64,000 nt of DNA from an uncultured Thermoleophilia bacterium (GCA_963790185.1 CAWBNR010000010.1:91499-155498), one strand, 5' to 3'; counted from the stretch's first letter, positions 1-10,566 are shown. A program made the numbers and translations. Notes: generated by a model not told the origin, from the sequence alone.

Positions 1-1695
1 TTCCTCGACGAAGACCCATGGGATCGGTTGCGCGTCATCAAGCGTCACGCCTCCCGCACGCCGCTGCAGATGCTGCTGCGCGGCCAGAACATCGTGGGCT
101 ACCGGCACTACGGCGACGACATCGTGCGGCGCTTCGTCTACAAGGCAGCCGAGAACGGCATCGACGTCTTCCGCGTCTTCGACGCCCTCAACGACGTCCG
201 CAACTTCGAGACGGCCGCCGCGGCCATCAAGGAGACGGGCAAGCACTTCCAGGCGGCGGTCGTCTACACGATCTCGCCGGTGCACTCGCTCGACCACTAC
301 CTCGAGGTGGCCCACAAGCTGGCCGACATGGGCGCCGACTCGATCTGCATCAAGGACATGGCGGCTCTGCTCTCGCCGTTCTACGCCGAGCAGCTCATCC
401 GCCGCCTCAAGGCCGAGCTCGATCTGCCGGTCCAACTGCACTGCCACTACATCGGCGGGCTCGCCCCGATGACCTATCTCAAGGCCATCGAGGCCGGCGT
501 CGACGTGATCGACACGGCCACGGTGCCGCTCGCCTTCGGCAACTCGCAGCCGGCCACCGAGATGGTCGTCACCGCGTTGATCGGCACGCCCTACGACACC
601 GAGCTCGACCTCGAGAAGCTCTTCGAGATCGCCAAGTACTTCGAGGGCGTGCGCAAGTCCGGCGGCTGGGATCGTGGCGTGACCTCGCTCACCCATATGC
701 AGGTCTACTCGCACCAGGTGCCGGGCGGGATGATCTCGAACCTCGAGAGCCAGCTCAAGGAGCAGGACGCACTCGACCGTCTGTCCGAGGTGCTCGAGGA
801 GATTCCCGTCGTGCGCGCCGAGGTCGGGTTCCCGCCGCTGGTGACGCCCATGTCGCAGATCGTCGGCACGCAGGCGGTCCTCAACGTGCTCTCGGGCCGC
901 CGCTGGCACATCGTCCCCGACGAGATGAAGCAGTACCTGCGCGGCCGCTACGGGGCCGCGCCGGGCGCCGTCTCGCAGGAGGTCGTCGGCCGCGTGCTCG
1001 TCGGCGAGAAGCCGATCGACTGCCGCCCGGCCGACCTCGTCGAGGAGACGCTCGAAGACTACCGTGACGAGATCGGCGAGCTGGCGCGCTCCGAGGAGGA
1101 CCTCCTGAGCTACGCGCTCTTCCCGCAGACCGCGCGCACGTACCTCGAGCGGCACAAGGTCGGCCTCGAGTCCGACGTCTTCGGCATGCACGACCGCTGG
1201 ATCCACTCGCAGGCGGGCGCCGACCTGCTCGACCGCTCGGCCGACCGCGTCAAGGACATCCTCGAGATGGTCGAGGAGAGCGGGGTCGACGAGGTCACCA
1301 TCGAGGAGGGCGAGCTCAAGGTCACGGTGCGCAAGACCGGCGTCGCGGCGGCGCCTGCGGCGCCCGCCGCCCCTGCGCCGGCCCAGGCTGCGGTCGCCAC
1401 GGCCGTCGCCGCCACGGTCGGTGGGGGCAACGGCAGCGCGGCCGAGGCCGACGGTCATCACGTCGTGCGCTCGAAGTGGGTCGCGACCTTCTATCGCTCG
1501 CCTTCTCCGGGCTCCCCGTCGTTCGTCAACGTCGGCGACCAGGTGGCGGCCGGCCAGACGCTTTGCATCCTCGAGATGATGAAGATGATGAACGAGCTCA
1601 CCGCCGATATCGACGGTATCGTGCGCGAGATCCTCGTGGACGACGGCGCGACCGTGCAGTACGGGCAGGCGCTCTTCGCCCTCGAACCGGCCTGA
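1..1695 (+). CDS. Carboxyltransferase subunit (oxaloacetate decarboxylase alpha / pyruvate carboxylase B / transcarboxylase 5S type) with a C-terminal biotinyl-carrier domain. The 5' end lies outside the window.
   Basis: The frame is open from nt 1 (FLDEDPWDRLRVIKR...) and continues through ORF 28..1695. An Ala/Pro linker is followed by the biotinylation motif CILEMMKMMNEL near the C-terminus. Confidence 0.8.
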   Translation, partial: FLDEDPWDRLRVIKRHASRTPLQMLLRGQNIVGYRHYGDDIVRRFVYKAAENGIDVFRVFDALNDVRNFETAAAAIKETGKHFQAAVVYTISPVHSLDHYLEVAHKLADMGADSICIKDMAALLSPFYAEQLIRRLKAELDLPVQLHCHYIGGLAPMTYLKAIEAGVDVIDTATVPLAFGNSQPATEMVVTALIGTPYDTELDLEKLFEIAKYFEGVRKSGGWDRGVTSLTHMQVYSHQVPGGMISNLESQLKEQDALDRLSEVLEEIPVVRAEVGFPPLVTPMSQIVGTQAVLNVLSGRRWHIVPDEMKQYLRGRYGAAPGAVSQEVVGRVLVGEKPIDCRPADLVEETLEDYRDEIGELARSEEDLLSYALFPQTARTYLERHKVGLESDVFGMHDRWIHSQAGADLLDRSADRVKDILEMVEESGVDEVTIEEGELKVTVRKTGVAAAPAAPAAPAPAQAAVATAVAATVGGGNGSAAEADGHHVVRSKWVATFYRSPSPGSPSFVNVGDQVAAGQTLCILEMMKMMNELTADIDGIVREILVDDGATVQYGQALFALEPA

Positions 1696-1704
1696 TCGGG
1701 GCGC

Positions 1705-2247
1705 GTGGGGCTCGTGTCGGAGCGTGCACCGAGCCGCAAGCAGGCCCGCCGTGACGCCGTCTTCCTGCTGTACCAGCGCGAGGTGACGCCGCTCTCGCTC
1801 GGCGACCTCGTTCAGGGGCATCGTCTGCGCGAGGGCTATCCGCCGGACGACTTCACGATCGCCGCCGTGAGCGGTGTGATCGCGTGCGTGGACGAGCTCG
1901 ACGCCGAGCTCGGCGCCCACTCGCGCGACTGGCCCGTGGCGCGGATCGCGCCGCTCGAGCGCAGCATCCTTCGGCTCGCCCTCTGGGAGTTGCGGCACAC
2001 CGAGACCCCGCCGCAGGTCGCGATCGACGAGGCCGTGCGCCTCACGAAACGCTACTCGACCGACGCGTCCAGCCGCTTCGTCAACGGCGTGCTCGGTGGG
2101 GTCATGGGCGACCTCCCGGGTACGCCGCCGGGTGGCGGGACGGGCGCTGGGCGTGGGGGCGGCGCCGATCGCGAGACATGGGGCGATGAGGCGGAGGAGG
2201 AGGCCTTGGGCGACGAGGGCCGGGAGAAGGGGACGGACGATGACTGA
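1705..2247 (+). CDS. nusB: Transcription antitermination factor NusB with a Gly/Glu-rich C-terminal tail
   Basis: The 180-aa ORF shows NusB-like RKQARRDAVFLLYQ... and ...DEAVRLTKRYSTDASSRFVNGVLG. Its position ahead of xseB-ispA fits the conserved cluster. Confidence 0.85.
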   Translation: MGLVSERAPSRKQARRDAVFLLYQREVTPLSLGDLVQGHRLREGYPPDDFTIAAVSGVIACVDELDAELGAHSRDWPVARIAPLERSILRLALWELRHTETPPQVAIDEAVRLTKRYSTDASSRFVNGVLGGVMGDLPGTPPGGGTGAGRGGGADRETWGDEAEEEALGDEGREKGTDDD

Positions 2248-2425
2248 GACAGAGGCGGCGGGCGATCTCGCGCGGCTACGCGAGATCGTGGCCGAGCTCG
2301 GCGAGCTCGAGGTCAGACTCGGCGGCTCTTCGAGCGAGGTCGACCTGAGCCTGCTCGAACGGTTCGCCGAGCTCGCCGACGAGGCCTCGCGCCTGCTCGA
2401 GCGCCTGGCGGCGGCGACGGGCTGA
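2240..2425 (+). CDS. xseB: Exodeoxyribonuclease VII small subunit-like protein (61 aa)
   Basis: ATG 2240 lies inside listed ORF 2096..2425 and overlaps the nusB stop. The product is a small acidic helical protein directly upstream of ispA, as in xseB-ispA-dxs strings. No xseA was seen. Confidence 0.5.
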   Translation: MTETEAAGDLARLREIVAELGELEVRLGGSSSEVDLSLLERFAELADEASRLLERLAAATG

Positions 2426-2427
2426 CG

Positions 2428-3345
2428 ATGGGCGAGCCGCCCGTCTCCACGAGTGAGTCGCCGTCCGCCACGGGCGAGCCGCCGTACCCGCTTCATCTGC
2501 AGCGCCTCGCCGAGCAGTACCTCGAGGCGCTCGATTTCGGCGCCGACCGGCGCGCCGCCAGGCTCGTCGAGGCGATGCGCTACTCGCTGCTGGCCGGCGG
2601 CAAGCGGATCCGCCCGGTGCTGGCGCTGGCCGTCGCCGAGAGCCGCGGCGTCGACCCCTCCTCGGTGCTGCCGACGGCGGCCGCGCTCGAGCTGATCCAC
2701 ACCTACTCGCTGATCCACGACGACCTGCCGTCGATCGACGACGACGCGCTGCGCCGCGGCCGCCCGACCTGTCACGTGGTCTACGGCGACGACGTCGCGA
2801 TCCTCGCCGGCGACGGTCTCTTCGCCGAGGCCTTCCACCTCGTGCTTGAGGGCCAGCCGGCGGATGCCGCTACCCTCCTCGCGGTGGTCGCCGAGATCGC
2901 TCGCGCGACCGGCGTGACGGGCATGGTCGGCGGCCAGTACATGGACGTCGCGGGCCTGGCCGCCGACCACGACGACCTCGACACCATGCACGGGCTCAAG
3001 ACCGGGCGCCTCATCGAGGCCGCGGTCGTCGGGGGGGCGTTGCTGACAGGCGCCGGGGAGCGTGAGGTCGCGGCGTACCGGACGTTCGCCGCCGAGATCG
3101 GCCTGCTCTTCCAGGTCGTCGACGACATCCTTGACGAGACCGGCGATGCCGAGGCGCTCGGCAAGACCGCCGGCAAGGACCGTTCGCAGGACAAGACCAC
3201 ATACCCCGCGCTCTTCGGCTTGGACGAGGCGCGCCGGATGGCGGAGGCGAGTCACCGGCGCGCCCTCGACGCGCTGCGCGCCCTCCCGGGTGACACCGCC
3301 GTCCTCGCCCAAGTGGCCGGCTACATCCTGCGCCGCCGGCACTGA
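2428..3345 (+). CDS. ispA: Polyprenyl (farnesyl/geranylgeranyl) diphosphate synthase
   Basis: The first Asp-rich motif LIHDDLPSIDDD and the second motif VVDDILD are present, along with GKRIRP. Confidence 0.9.
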   Translation: MGEPPVSTSESPSATGEPPYPLHLQRLAEQYLEALDFGADRRAARLVEAMRYSLLAGGKRIRPVLALAVAESRGVDPSSVLPTAAALELIHTYSLIHDDLPSIDDDALRRGRPTCHVVYGDDVAILAGDGLFAEAFHLVLEGQPADAATLLAVVAEIARATGVTGMVGGQYMDVAGLAADHDDLDTMHGLKTGRLIEAAVVGGALLTGAGEREVAAYRTFAAEIGLLFQVVDDILDETGDAEALGKTAGKDRSQDKTTYPALFGLDEARRMAEASHRRALDALRALPGDTAVLAQVAGYILRRRH

Positions 3346-3453
3346 GGCCGCGCGCACGGCGTCGCTGCTCGCGGGCATCGTCTCCTGAGGCTATGGGCTG
3401 GGACATCCCTCTATTGTGCTTGGCGACGGGCGCGGGATGCGGCAGTATCCGGT

Positions 3454-4149
3454 GTGAGAGGGCCAGACTCGACTCTGCGACGGACGGGCCGCCGCGGTCG
3501 TCGGGTCGAAGCAGCGCTCAGGCCGACGGAGCTTTGGGGGGTACGGATGGATCAAGGGCGGTCGATGACCGTGCGACAGCCCGGGCAGGGCTACCGCTGG
3601 TACCGTGCCGAGGCTTTCGGGTTCGCGATCGCCGTGCCGCGGCGGTTCGTGCCGCTGGCGGCCGCCGTGGACCCCGTCGCCAGGATGTTCTCCGGCGACA
3701 GGGGGACGGCGGCCGCAGGTCTGCCCCAGGGCTTCAGCGACCCGGAGGTCACGGTCACGGACCGGGACGGCAGCTCACGGCCGCTGCGCTCCCTCGAGTT
3801 CGCGGCGCCCGGCATCGATCCCGGCGAGCGCGCGCCGGGCGCGCGGACCCACGGGTGGCCTCACCTCCACGGCCGCACGACCGTGCCGCCTCTCCTCGAC
3901 TCGCTCCACCTGCCCGGCTTCACGCCGCTCGGCACGAAGGACTGTCGGCTGGGCGCGCACGAGGCCCTCGCCTTCGAGTACACGTGGCATGGCTTCGCCG
4001 GCGGGCGCCACAGCGGCGACCGCGGCCTCTTCGTCTGGTGGCGGAGCCCTGCTCGCGAGTACCACGTCTACCACCACTGCCCGCAGAAGGAGTGGGAGCG
4101 CTGGGAGAACGAGCTCGAGGCGATGTTGTCGACCTTCGTCGCGTTCTAG
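3454..4149 (+). CDS. Hypothetical protein. The start is uncertain, with internal ATGs at about 3547 and 3565.
   Basis: This is the only protein-like ORF in the interval. No recognisable motif was found. Confidence 0.4.
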   Translation: MRGPDSTLRRTGRRGRRVEAALRPTELWGVRMDQGRSMTVRQPGQGYRWYRAEAFGFAIAVPRRFVPLAAAVDPVARMFSGDRGTAAAGLPQGFSDPEVTVTDRDGSSRPLRSLEFAAPGIDPGERAPGARTHGWPHLHGRTTVPPLLDSLHLPGFTPLGTKDCRLGAHEALAFEYTWHGFAGGRHSGDRGLFVWWRSPAREYHVYHHCPQKEWERWENELEAMLSTFVAF

Positions 4150-4663
4150 CGGCGCTGCGAGGTGCGCCGGGGCGGCGTGGGTATCCGTCTGGGGCGTCTG
4201 CTAGCGTCCGCGAACGGTCGGCGCTCTTGGGGCTGGGGCGCCGGCCGCCTTCACACTCCGGTCGATAGCGGCCGACGGGGGGCCGCTACGCGGGCAGTCA
4301 TCGAAAGCGCCATCGTCCACCGGCCATTCGACTGATCTCGCGTTCGACCACCCCTGCGACGCGCGCATTCCGGCGCCGATCCGCGCAAATGTGACGCCCG
4401 CATCGGACGCCCGCGACGGGATCGACGCGGACCGCTCCGCTTGCGGCGTACGGCGAGTCGCTTCGACCCGGTCCAGTCGATTCGATTCGGTCCCGGCATC
4501 TCTGTCGAGGTGCGACGCGCTGAAGGCTTGACAGTGGACCCAGTGCCACAAGAAGGAGACTCGGACGCGGGCCCGGGATAAGGACTGGCGCAACGTGGTG
4601 AGCTGCACGGATCGGCCGTCACGTTTCGGCGGACAATCGCCGGAATGCGTCGGTCTGGGGGTG

Positions 4664-4798
4664 GTGGAACGCGGAATCAGCGGGATTCAGGGTGGGCGAT
4701 TGTGTTTTGAGGTATAGCCTGCGCGAGTGGGCCCGCCGTGCCCCAGACAGTCGCCCGTTCATCACGCGTGGAGCGCGGAATGGGCGTGGAACGCGGAA
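4664..4798. repeat. Three copies of the 13-mer GTGGARCGCGGAA (4664-4676, 4768-4780, 4786-4798). The last two form an 18-nt tandem.
   Basis: Read directly in the non-coding gap 4150-4999. Confidence 0.6.
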
Positions 4799-4851
4799 GG
4801 GGACGTGGCCGGCTGTCAGAGGCGGGCCCGTGGGGCGGCGCAGACGCAGAT

Positions 4852-4880
4852 GGGGCGGCGAGCCACAGGCTCGCCGCCCC
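4852..4880. terminator. GC-rich hairpin with a 13-bp perfect stem and 3-nt loop
   Basis: The sequence is GGGGCGGCGAGCC-ACA-GGCTCGCCGCCCC, lying between convergent genes. There is no U-tract. Confidence 0.5.
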
Positions 4881-4903
4881 GCCCGCGTCGATGTCGACGC
4901 GCC

Positions 4904-4941
4904 GAAAGCGCGGCCGGCCCATGGGGGCCGGCCGCGCTTTC
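4904..4941. terminator. GC-rich hairpin with a 17-bp perfect stem and 4-nt loop, just downstream of the M28 peptidase stop on the minus strand
   Basis: The sequence is GAAAGCGCGGCCGGCCC-ATGG-GGGCCGGCCGCGCTTTC. Confidence 0.55.
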
Positions 4942-4999
4942 CGGGCTGTGTCGGTCGTGGTCAGCCGCGACCGCCGCAGCCGGTGGAGCCGTCAGACTG

Positions 5000-6067
5000 T
5001 CAGAGCACCGCCGGCTCGTAGTCGATCGACTCCGTCACGTCGATGCTCTTCGGGTCGAGCACCCGGAGGAAGTCGAAGACCACCGTCGTGAAGGCGGTGA
5101 GGTGCTCCATGGGCCGCTCCGGGTAGAGCAGCTCGATCATCTCCAGGGTGTCCCAGGGAGTGTGCCAGAAGGATCCGTACTCCTCGGTCTGCTCGTAGCC
5201 GTCGAGGTCGCCGATCTCCCAGTTGGTCGACTCGAAGGCGGCGACCGGGATGTCGATCTGGTTGAAGGCGGTGTAGTCGCTGAAGCCGTTGGGCGTCGTG
5301 CCCGCCGGATACTTGTGGTTGAGCCCAAGCTGCGTCTCGATCGGGAGGTCGTTCAGCTCGGCGAGGCGCAGCATCTCGGTGCGTGCCCAGGTCCAGCCGT
5401 TGGTGCCGGAGTAGACGTAGAGCTTGTCGCCGACGATCAGCGAGTCGAGGTTGATCATGACGATGGCGCGGTCCCTGTCGGCCTTCGACATCGAGCGGGA
5501 GTAGCGGTTCGAGCCGATGAGGCCGACCTCCTCGGCGCCGAAGGCGACGAACACGAGGTCGTAGTCGATCTTGTAGCCCGCCATGCGCTCGGCGACCTCG
5601 AGCATGGCGCCGACGCCCGAGGCGTTGTCGTCGGCGCCCTGGCCGGCCTTCACAGCGTCGTAGTGCGCGCCGACGATGACCAGCGGGGTCGGCGCGCCGT
5701 TGCTCTTGAGATCGGCCGGCCGGTAGGCGACGACGTTCTGGCTCGTGTAGGCGACCCCGTCGCGCGTGTAGGTGAACGGCTGCAGCGCGGGCAGGTACCC
5801 GGCGTCGGCGAACCAGCCCTGCACCGTGAGCGCGGCCGCGTACTCGTCCTCGGTCCCGGCGACGCGCAGGAGGCCGGTGTAGGTGCCGTCCGGGTTGGTG
5901 ATGCGGGTCAGGGCGTCGATGTACGCGTAGGCGCTGTCGCCGATGTCGGACGGCAGCGGTGGCGGCGCCGGGCCCGCCGCCGCCAGCGGCGCCGCCAGCG
6001 CCATCGTCAGCAGCAGGACCGCCGCCAGGAGCAGGAGCGTGAGTGATCTGTGCGCAGTCGTGTGCAT
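5000..6067 (-). CDS. Secreted M28-family aminopeptidase
   Basis: There is an N-terminal signal-like segment (LTLLLLAAVLLLTMALAAPLAAA). M28 metal-ligand context is present: GAHYDAV..., GADDNASGV, and FVAFGAEEVGLIGS. Confidence 0.85.
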   Translation of the reverse strand: MHTTAHRSLTLLLLAAVLLLTMALAAPLAAAGPAPPPLPSDIGDSAYAYIDALTRITNPDGTYTGLLRVAGTEDEYAAALTVQGWFADAGYLPALQPFTYTRDGVAYTSQNVVAYRPADLKSNGAPTPLVIVGAHYDAVKAGQGADDNASGVGAMLEVAERMAGYKIDYDLVFVAFGAEEVGLIGSNRYSRSMSKADRDRAIVMINLDSLIVGDKLYVYSGTNGWTWARTEMLRLAELNDLPIETQLGLNHKYPAGTTPNGFSDYTAFNQIDIPVAAFESTNWEIGDLDGYEQTEEYGSFWHTPWDTLEMIELLYPERPMEHLTAFTTVVFDFLRVLDPKSIDVTESIDYEPAVL

Positions 6068-6164
6068 GGTCCCCCCTCAGAGTGTGTGCACAGGTGCATA
6101 AAGAGTATACGTCGAAGGCGGGCGCCGCTCAACGTTCGACCGCGGTCGCCTCGTGCATCCCGTC

Positions 6165-7331
6165 TCAGTCCACCTTGGGAAAGTCCTTCTCGGACACCTC
6201 CGTGGTGTCCGCCGTGCCTCCCTCGACACCGTACAGCGTCAGGGTCCACGTCGTGTACTGCGTGTTCTGCTGCGTGTAGAGGTAGAACGCATCGGACCAC
6301 GATGAAGTCCAGCTCTTGGTGGAGTAGCTGAGAAGATCCTTGTAGCGGCCCCTGGTATCGGTCGTCAGGAAGCCATGCATGTACCAGTTCCAGTCGCGAC
6401 CGATCCAGTAGTAGACGCGGTACTTGCCGTTGGGGATGCCGGAGAGGGTGCAGGACGCGCGACCACGGGCGTACACGGCGAGCAGCGGCTTGCGCGACGA
6501 AGTCGAAGTCAGGACCACGACCGCATCGGAGCGGTTCTTGTTGTTCTTGAGGAGGAGCGTGCCGAGCCCGCTGCTCAGGTTGCGCTCGATCACGTGCCCG
6601 TTGGCGAAGCGGACCGGCTTGACGACCACGATCTTCTCCTGCCGGTCCCCCAGCTTGATGCGGTACTGGCCGGCGGTCTTCGGCTTCACGACGTACTCGA
6701 GGTCGATGACTTCTCCGGGGTCCACGTCGGCCGGACTGGACTCGAGGATCTTGCCGTTCATCCGCAGCTCGCCGTCGAACGTGCCGGGCACCTCGCCCGT
6801 GTTGGTGACCTCGGCCACCACCTCGACGCGCTGGCCTGGCTTGAGCAGCTTGGGGTAGACATCGAGGTACTCGACCACGAACTCGGCCGGTCGCAGCGCC
6901 GTAAAAACGATCGTCGTGTCGCCCAGTGTCGCCGTGTGGTCGCCGGGGGCGAGGTCGTCGGGCAGCGGCAGGGCGACGGTCTCGCTGCCGCCGCCGTCGA
7001 CGCGCAGCTCGACGTCGTCCTGCGTGGATCCGTCCAAGGCGTAGGAGCACGCGTAGGTGCCACCGACCAGCCCGCCGTTGCGGACGGTCACGAGGAGCTC
7101 GCCGGTCTCGCCGCAGACGATCGGCTCGTCGGCGCTCGCCTGCGCGACCTCATAGGCCGGCAGGGCGAAGAACACGAGGCCGGCGACAGCGAGCGCGACG
7201 ACGACGGGCCCGACGAGGAGGCCGACACGCCGCCGTCCTGCCTTGAAGATCGCCGGCCGCAGCAGGCCGACCACCAGTACGATCGCCGCCACGGCGGCGC
7301 CCAGCGTGAGAACAAGCGCGATCAGACGCAT
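6165..7331 (-). CDS. Membrane-anchored hypothetical protein with two N-terminal TM segments and repeated beta-rich extracellular segments
   Basis: The 388-aa ORF has hydrophobic N-terminal segments (MRLIALVLTLGAAVAAIVLVVGLL and a second TM). No catalytic motif was recognised. Confidence 0.55.
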   Translation of the reverse strand: MRLIALVLTLGAAVAAIVLVVGLLRPAIFKAGRRRVGLLVGPVVVALAVAGLVFFALPAYEVAQASADEPIVCGETGELLVTVRNGGLVGGTYACSYALDGSTQDDVELRVDGGGSETVALPLPDDLAPGDHTATLGDTTIVFTALRPAEFVVEYLDVYPKLLKPGQRVEVVAEVTNTGEVPGTFDGELRMNGKILESSPADVDPGEVIDLEYVVKPKTAGQYRIKLGDRQEKIVVVKPVRFANGHVIERNLSSGLGTLLLKNNKNRSDAVVVLTSTSSRKPLLAVYARGRASCTLSGIPNGKYRVYYWIGRDWNWYMHGFLTTDTRGRYKDLLSYSTKSWTSSWSDAFYLYTQQNTQYTTWTLTLYGVEGGTADTTEVSEKDFPKVD

Positions 7332-7458
7332 GACGCCCCCTCATGAGCCCCCGGCCGGCGTCACCGGCCCCTGTGCCCGTATGGTACGCCAGCGCAGGGA
7401 CGCAAAGGCAGGGGCAGGGAGGCGCGGTCGAGCGGCGAGGAAAGCCTGAGGCGGTCGC

Positions 7459-7986
7459 TCACGCCTCTCGCCGCAGCCGCGTGCGGTACAGCGCCGCGTC
7501 GGCCGCCCCGTAGCAGCAGAAGGTGACGGCGCGCGGCAGCTCGTGCGCCGCAAGCCACTCCGCGACCGCGGCGACCGCGACTTCGCAGGCCTTGGCCTTG
7601 GGGTAGCCGTAGACGCCGGTCGAGATGGCGGGGAAGGCGATCGTCTCGAGCCCGGCCTCGGTGGCGAGCCGCAGCGACTCGAGGTAGCAGGAGCGCAGGA
7701 GCTCGGGCTCGCCGTGGCGGCCGTCGCGCCAGACCGGCCCGACGGTGTGGATCACGTGCCGGGCCGGCAGGTCGTAGCCTCCTGTGAGGCGCGCCTCACC
7801 GGTCGGGCAGCCACCCAGCGTGCGGCACTCGTCGAAGAGGCCCGGTCCGGCGGCGCGATGGATGGCTCCGTCCACGCCGCCGCCCCCGAGCAAACGGCGG
7901 TTGGCGGCGTTGACGATGGCATCGACGGCGAGGCCGGTGATGTCGCCCACGACGACGCGCATGCGAACTCCGGCTGCTTCCGTCAT
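7459..7986 (-). CDS. Macro-domain protein (O-acetyl-ADP-ribose deacetylase / YmdB-like)
   Basis: The motif [37 protein letters not shown] is present. ATG 7986 is preceded by GAGGAG. Confidence 0.85.
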   Translation of the reverse strand: MTEAAGVRMRVVVGDITGLAVDAIVNAANRRLLGGGGVDGAIHRAAGPGLFDECRTLGGCPTGEARLTGGYDLPARHVIHTVGPVWRDGRHGEPELLRSCYLESLRLATEAGLETIAFPAISTGVYGYPKAKACEVAVAAVAEWLAAHELPRAVTFCCYGAADAALYRTRLRREA

Positions 7987-8091
7987 GTCTCGCTCCTCGA
8001 CTGTCGCTGCTCGACCGCCGCACACATCGTAGCGCGGGCCGGGGCGAGGTCGTCAGACCTCGCCCCGGCCCGCCTGCCCCGTGATCTGGAG

Positions 8092-10226
8092 CTACTTGAC
8101 GAGGTCGGCGGCGATCTCCTCGGCGTTCGCCACGGCACGCGATGTGAGGGATTGCACGTCGAGCACGGCGTTGTCCTCGAGCACCTGATAGTCGCCCGAG
8201 ACTTCGTCGCCCACCAGCGTGCGCGGGCTGAGCACGGCCTCCTCGTACCAGCGTCCCCAGTCGGTGAGCGTCAGCACTTCGAGAGCCAGGGCGTCGGCGA
8301 CCGCTGCCTTGATCTCCGTGGGTGTGGCCCCGGCGTCCTTAGCCGCGTTGTAGGCCCATAGCAGGCTGCCGGCGGAGTTCTCGCGCTCATAGGAGAAGCG
8401 CCAGGCCGCCTTGTTCTCAACGATGCCCATGATCTCGGTGGCCTGTGGCTCTTCGGCGATGGCCAGCAGGTAGCCCACGCCGATCGTCGTCAGAGCGACG
8501 TCGATCTCCTCGCGCGGGCTGACCATGGCCATCGTGTCCATCGACGTGTGGTACACGTAGTCGGTGAAGTGCCAGGTGAGCGCCGCCGGCTTGGGATCGT
8601 AGCCGTCGCTGTCCTCGTTCCACAGGAAGCTGTCGTGGTCGCTGCCGCCCTCCCAGGGGTTCGAGCCCACCTCATAGTCTGGCGAGATGGCGTTGACCAG
8701 ATCGGCCGACTTGAAGTAGAGGTCGTTGAGGAAGTGGCCCGGGTACGGCCAGAACTTCACCGTGCCCTGCCCCCAGAGCGAGTGCAGGTCGGGCAGCCGT
8801 ACGTAGGCGTCGGGCAGTTCCTGCTCGAGCCCCGGCAGCGTGTCGAGGCCGTACTGGTACACGGCCGCGGGGTCGGGCATCTTCTCGATGCGCATCGGCC
8901 CGCCCGTCTTGGTGGGGTCCTCGCCGACCATGTCGAGCACCAGAGCGGCGACCGTCGCGTCGAAGGCCGCCTTGTTGTCGTGCTTCCACAGCTTGGCCAT
9001 CATCAGCTCGGCGCCCCAGATGAAGGTGAAGGTGCGCTTGGGGGCCGGCAGGGCCTTGGTGTCGATCATCTCTGTGAGGGCACGCGCGATCTCGAGCTGC
9101 GTGCCGATGCCGCTGGCGTTGTCGCAGGCGCCCGGTTCCTGCACGTGGGCGAGCAGCGGGATGCGCTCGTTGGCGACCGGGCCCTCACCGGGGATCTCGG
9201 CGATCAGCGTGCGCAGCGGCTTGTCTTCGGTGTAGCTCTCGCTGCTGCCGATGGCCATGCCTCTCATCGTCACCGGCCCCGCGACGAGCAGCTCCTCGAG
9301 GTAGCGGGCGTCCATCGGCGAGATGTTGAAGCCCAGCGGTCCGCCTGCGGACCCGCTCACACCGGCGTACTTGACCGTGTTCGGGTAGAGCTCCTCGCCG
9401 TCGATCACCGGGTTGTTGTAGTAGTTGATCTGCGGCGAAAGTGCGCCGGCGGCGTGCTCCTGCACGGCGAGGCCGTAGAGCACGGAGCGTGGGGTGCCGA
9501 CCCCGGTCTGCGCGTCGTAGGCGGCGTAGAGGAACTTGCCGGCGAGGGGGCCGGTCTTGGCGGTCCAGACGTACTTGCCCTTGACGAACCTGACGACCCC
9601 GACGTCGACCAGGTCGCCCTCCCTGGCCTGATCCTGTGCCTTGGACAGCTCTGTGCCGGCCGGGCTCGTGAAGGGCGAGCTCGTCGCCAGGTGACAGCGC
9701 TCGTTGATGAGCCGCCTCGGCTTCGCCTGCCGATGTTCTCGAGGAGCCACTCGTACGTGATCTCACTCGGGTAGTACGGGGAGGTGGGGTCGAAGGTGTC
9801 GACCGCGAAGTCGAAGTGGTACGACTGGCCCGGCACCGCGTCGCCGGCCGGGCCGACGATCTCGAGCGCTGCGTACTGCGGCGCCCAGATCGAGTTGCCC
9901 GGGCGCACGTCGTCCTGGAACCAGTAGTGCGGCCCGGGGGCCGTCTTGCCCTCGACGAAGCCGAAGGACTCGAGCTCGTCGGCCAGCCAGTCGAGGCAGG
10001 CGTTGAACCAGGGCCCGCCGTTGGTGCGCCAGCCGAGGTACGGATAGGCGGTGTAGTCCAGGGCGTTCTGGGCGCTGAGCTCCTTGGACGCCGTGTCGCG
10101 GATATCCGCGAGGTCGAGAGGCTCGGTCGTGCTGGATGGCGCGGCCAGCGCCGCCTGTGCGCCGAGGCCGAGCGCGAGGCTCACGACGACGAGTGTCAGC
10201 GCGAGCCGACGGATGAAGTGCGACAT
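8092..10226 (-). pseudogene. Secreted M28-like (DUF4910/aminopeptidase-like) peptidase, split as sequenced by one frame disruption near 9725-9735
   Basis: ORF 9405..10226 supplies the signal peptide and N-terminal domain up to ...EITYEWLLENIG. ORF 8092..9750 continues with ...CDNASGIGTQLEIARAL, FIWGAELMM and LDMVGED. Confidence 0.7.
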
Positions 10227-10371
10227 GCGATTCCCCCTCAGGACGGATGTCGAAGGATGGCTCTGAAGCCGTGCTGTGCGATGTGTGTTCGGCCACCCCC
10301 TCGTGACCGGCGCCCCCAGGCGCCGTGCAGCACGACGCTAGCACGGACTGCCCTCGAGGTGTAGGGGGGGT

Positions 10372-10389
10372 CGTTGCCAGATTTGGCTA
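10372..10389. promoter_or_regulatory. Imperfect palindrome GTTGCC-N6-GGCTAC upstream of the M28-like peptidase gene. It is the third copy of the motif found upstream of both M6 genes.
   Basis: Read directly. It lies 146 nt upstream of start 10226. Confidence 0.35.
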
Positions 10390-10566
10390 CGGAGCGAAGC
10401 CGTGCGTGGCAGCGGAGTCGCGGAGGGGCGAGTGGCGTCGCTCCGCCAGAGCCTGCGCAGCGTGTACTCGTGGGGGGTTCTCCGGCATGGTCTTGGCGAA
10501 GATCCACTGCTGGGCGGCGAGGTCGCGGGCGACGAGCAGTTCGGCGCGGTTGCTCGGGCGACTCGC

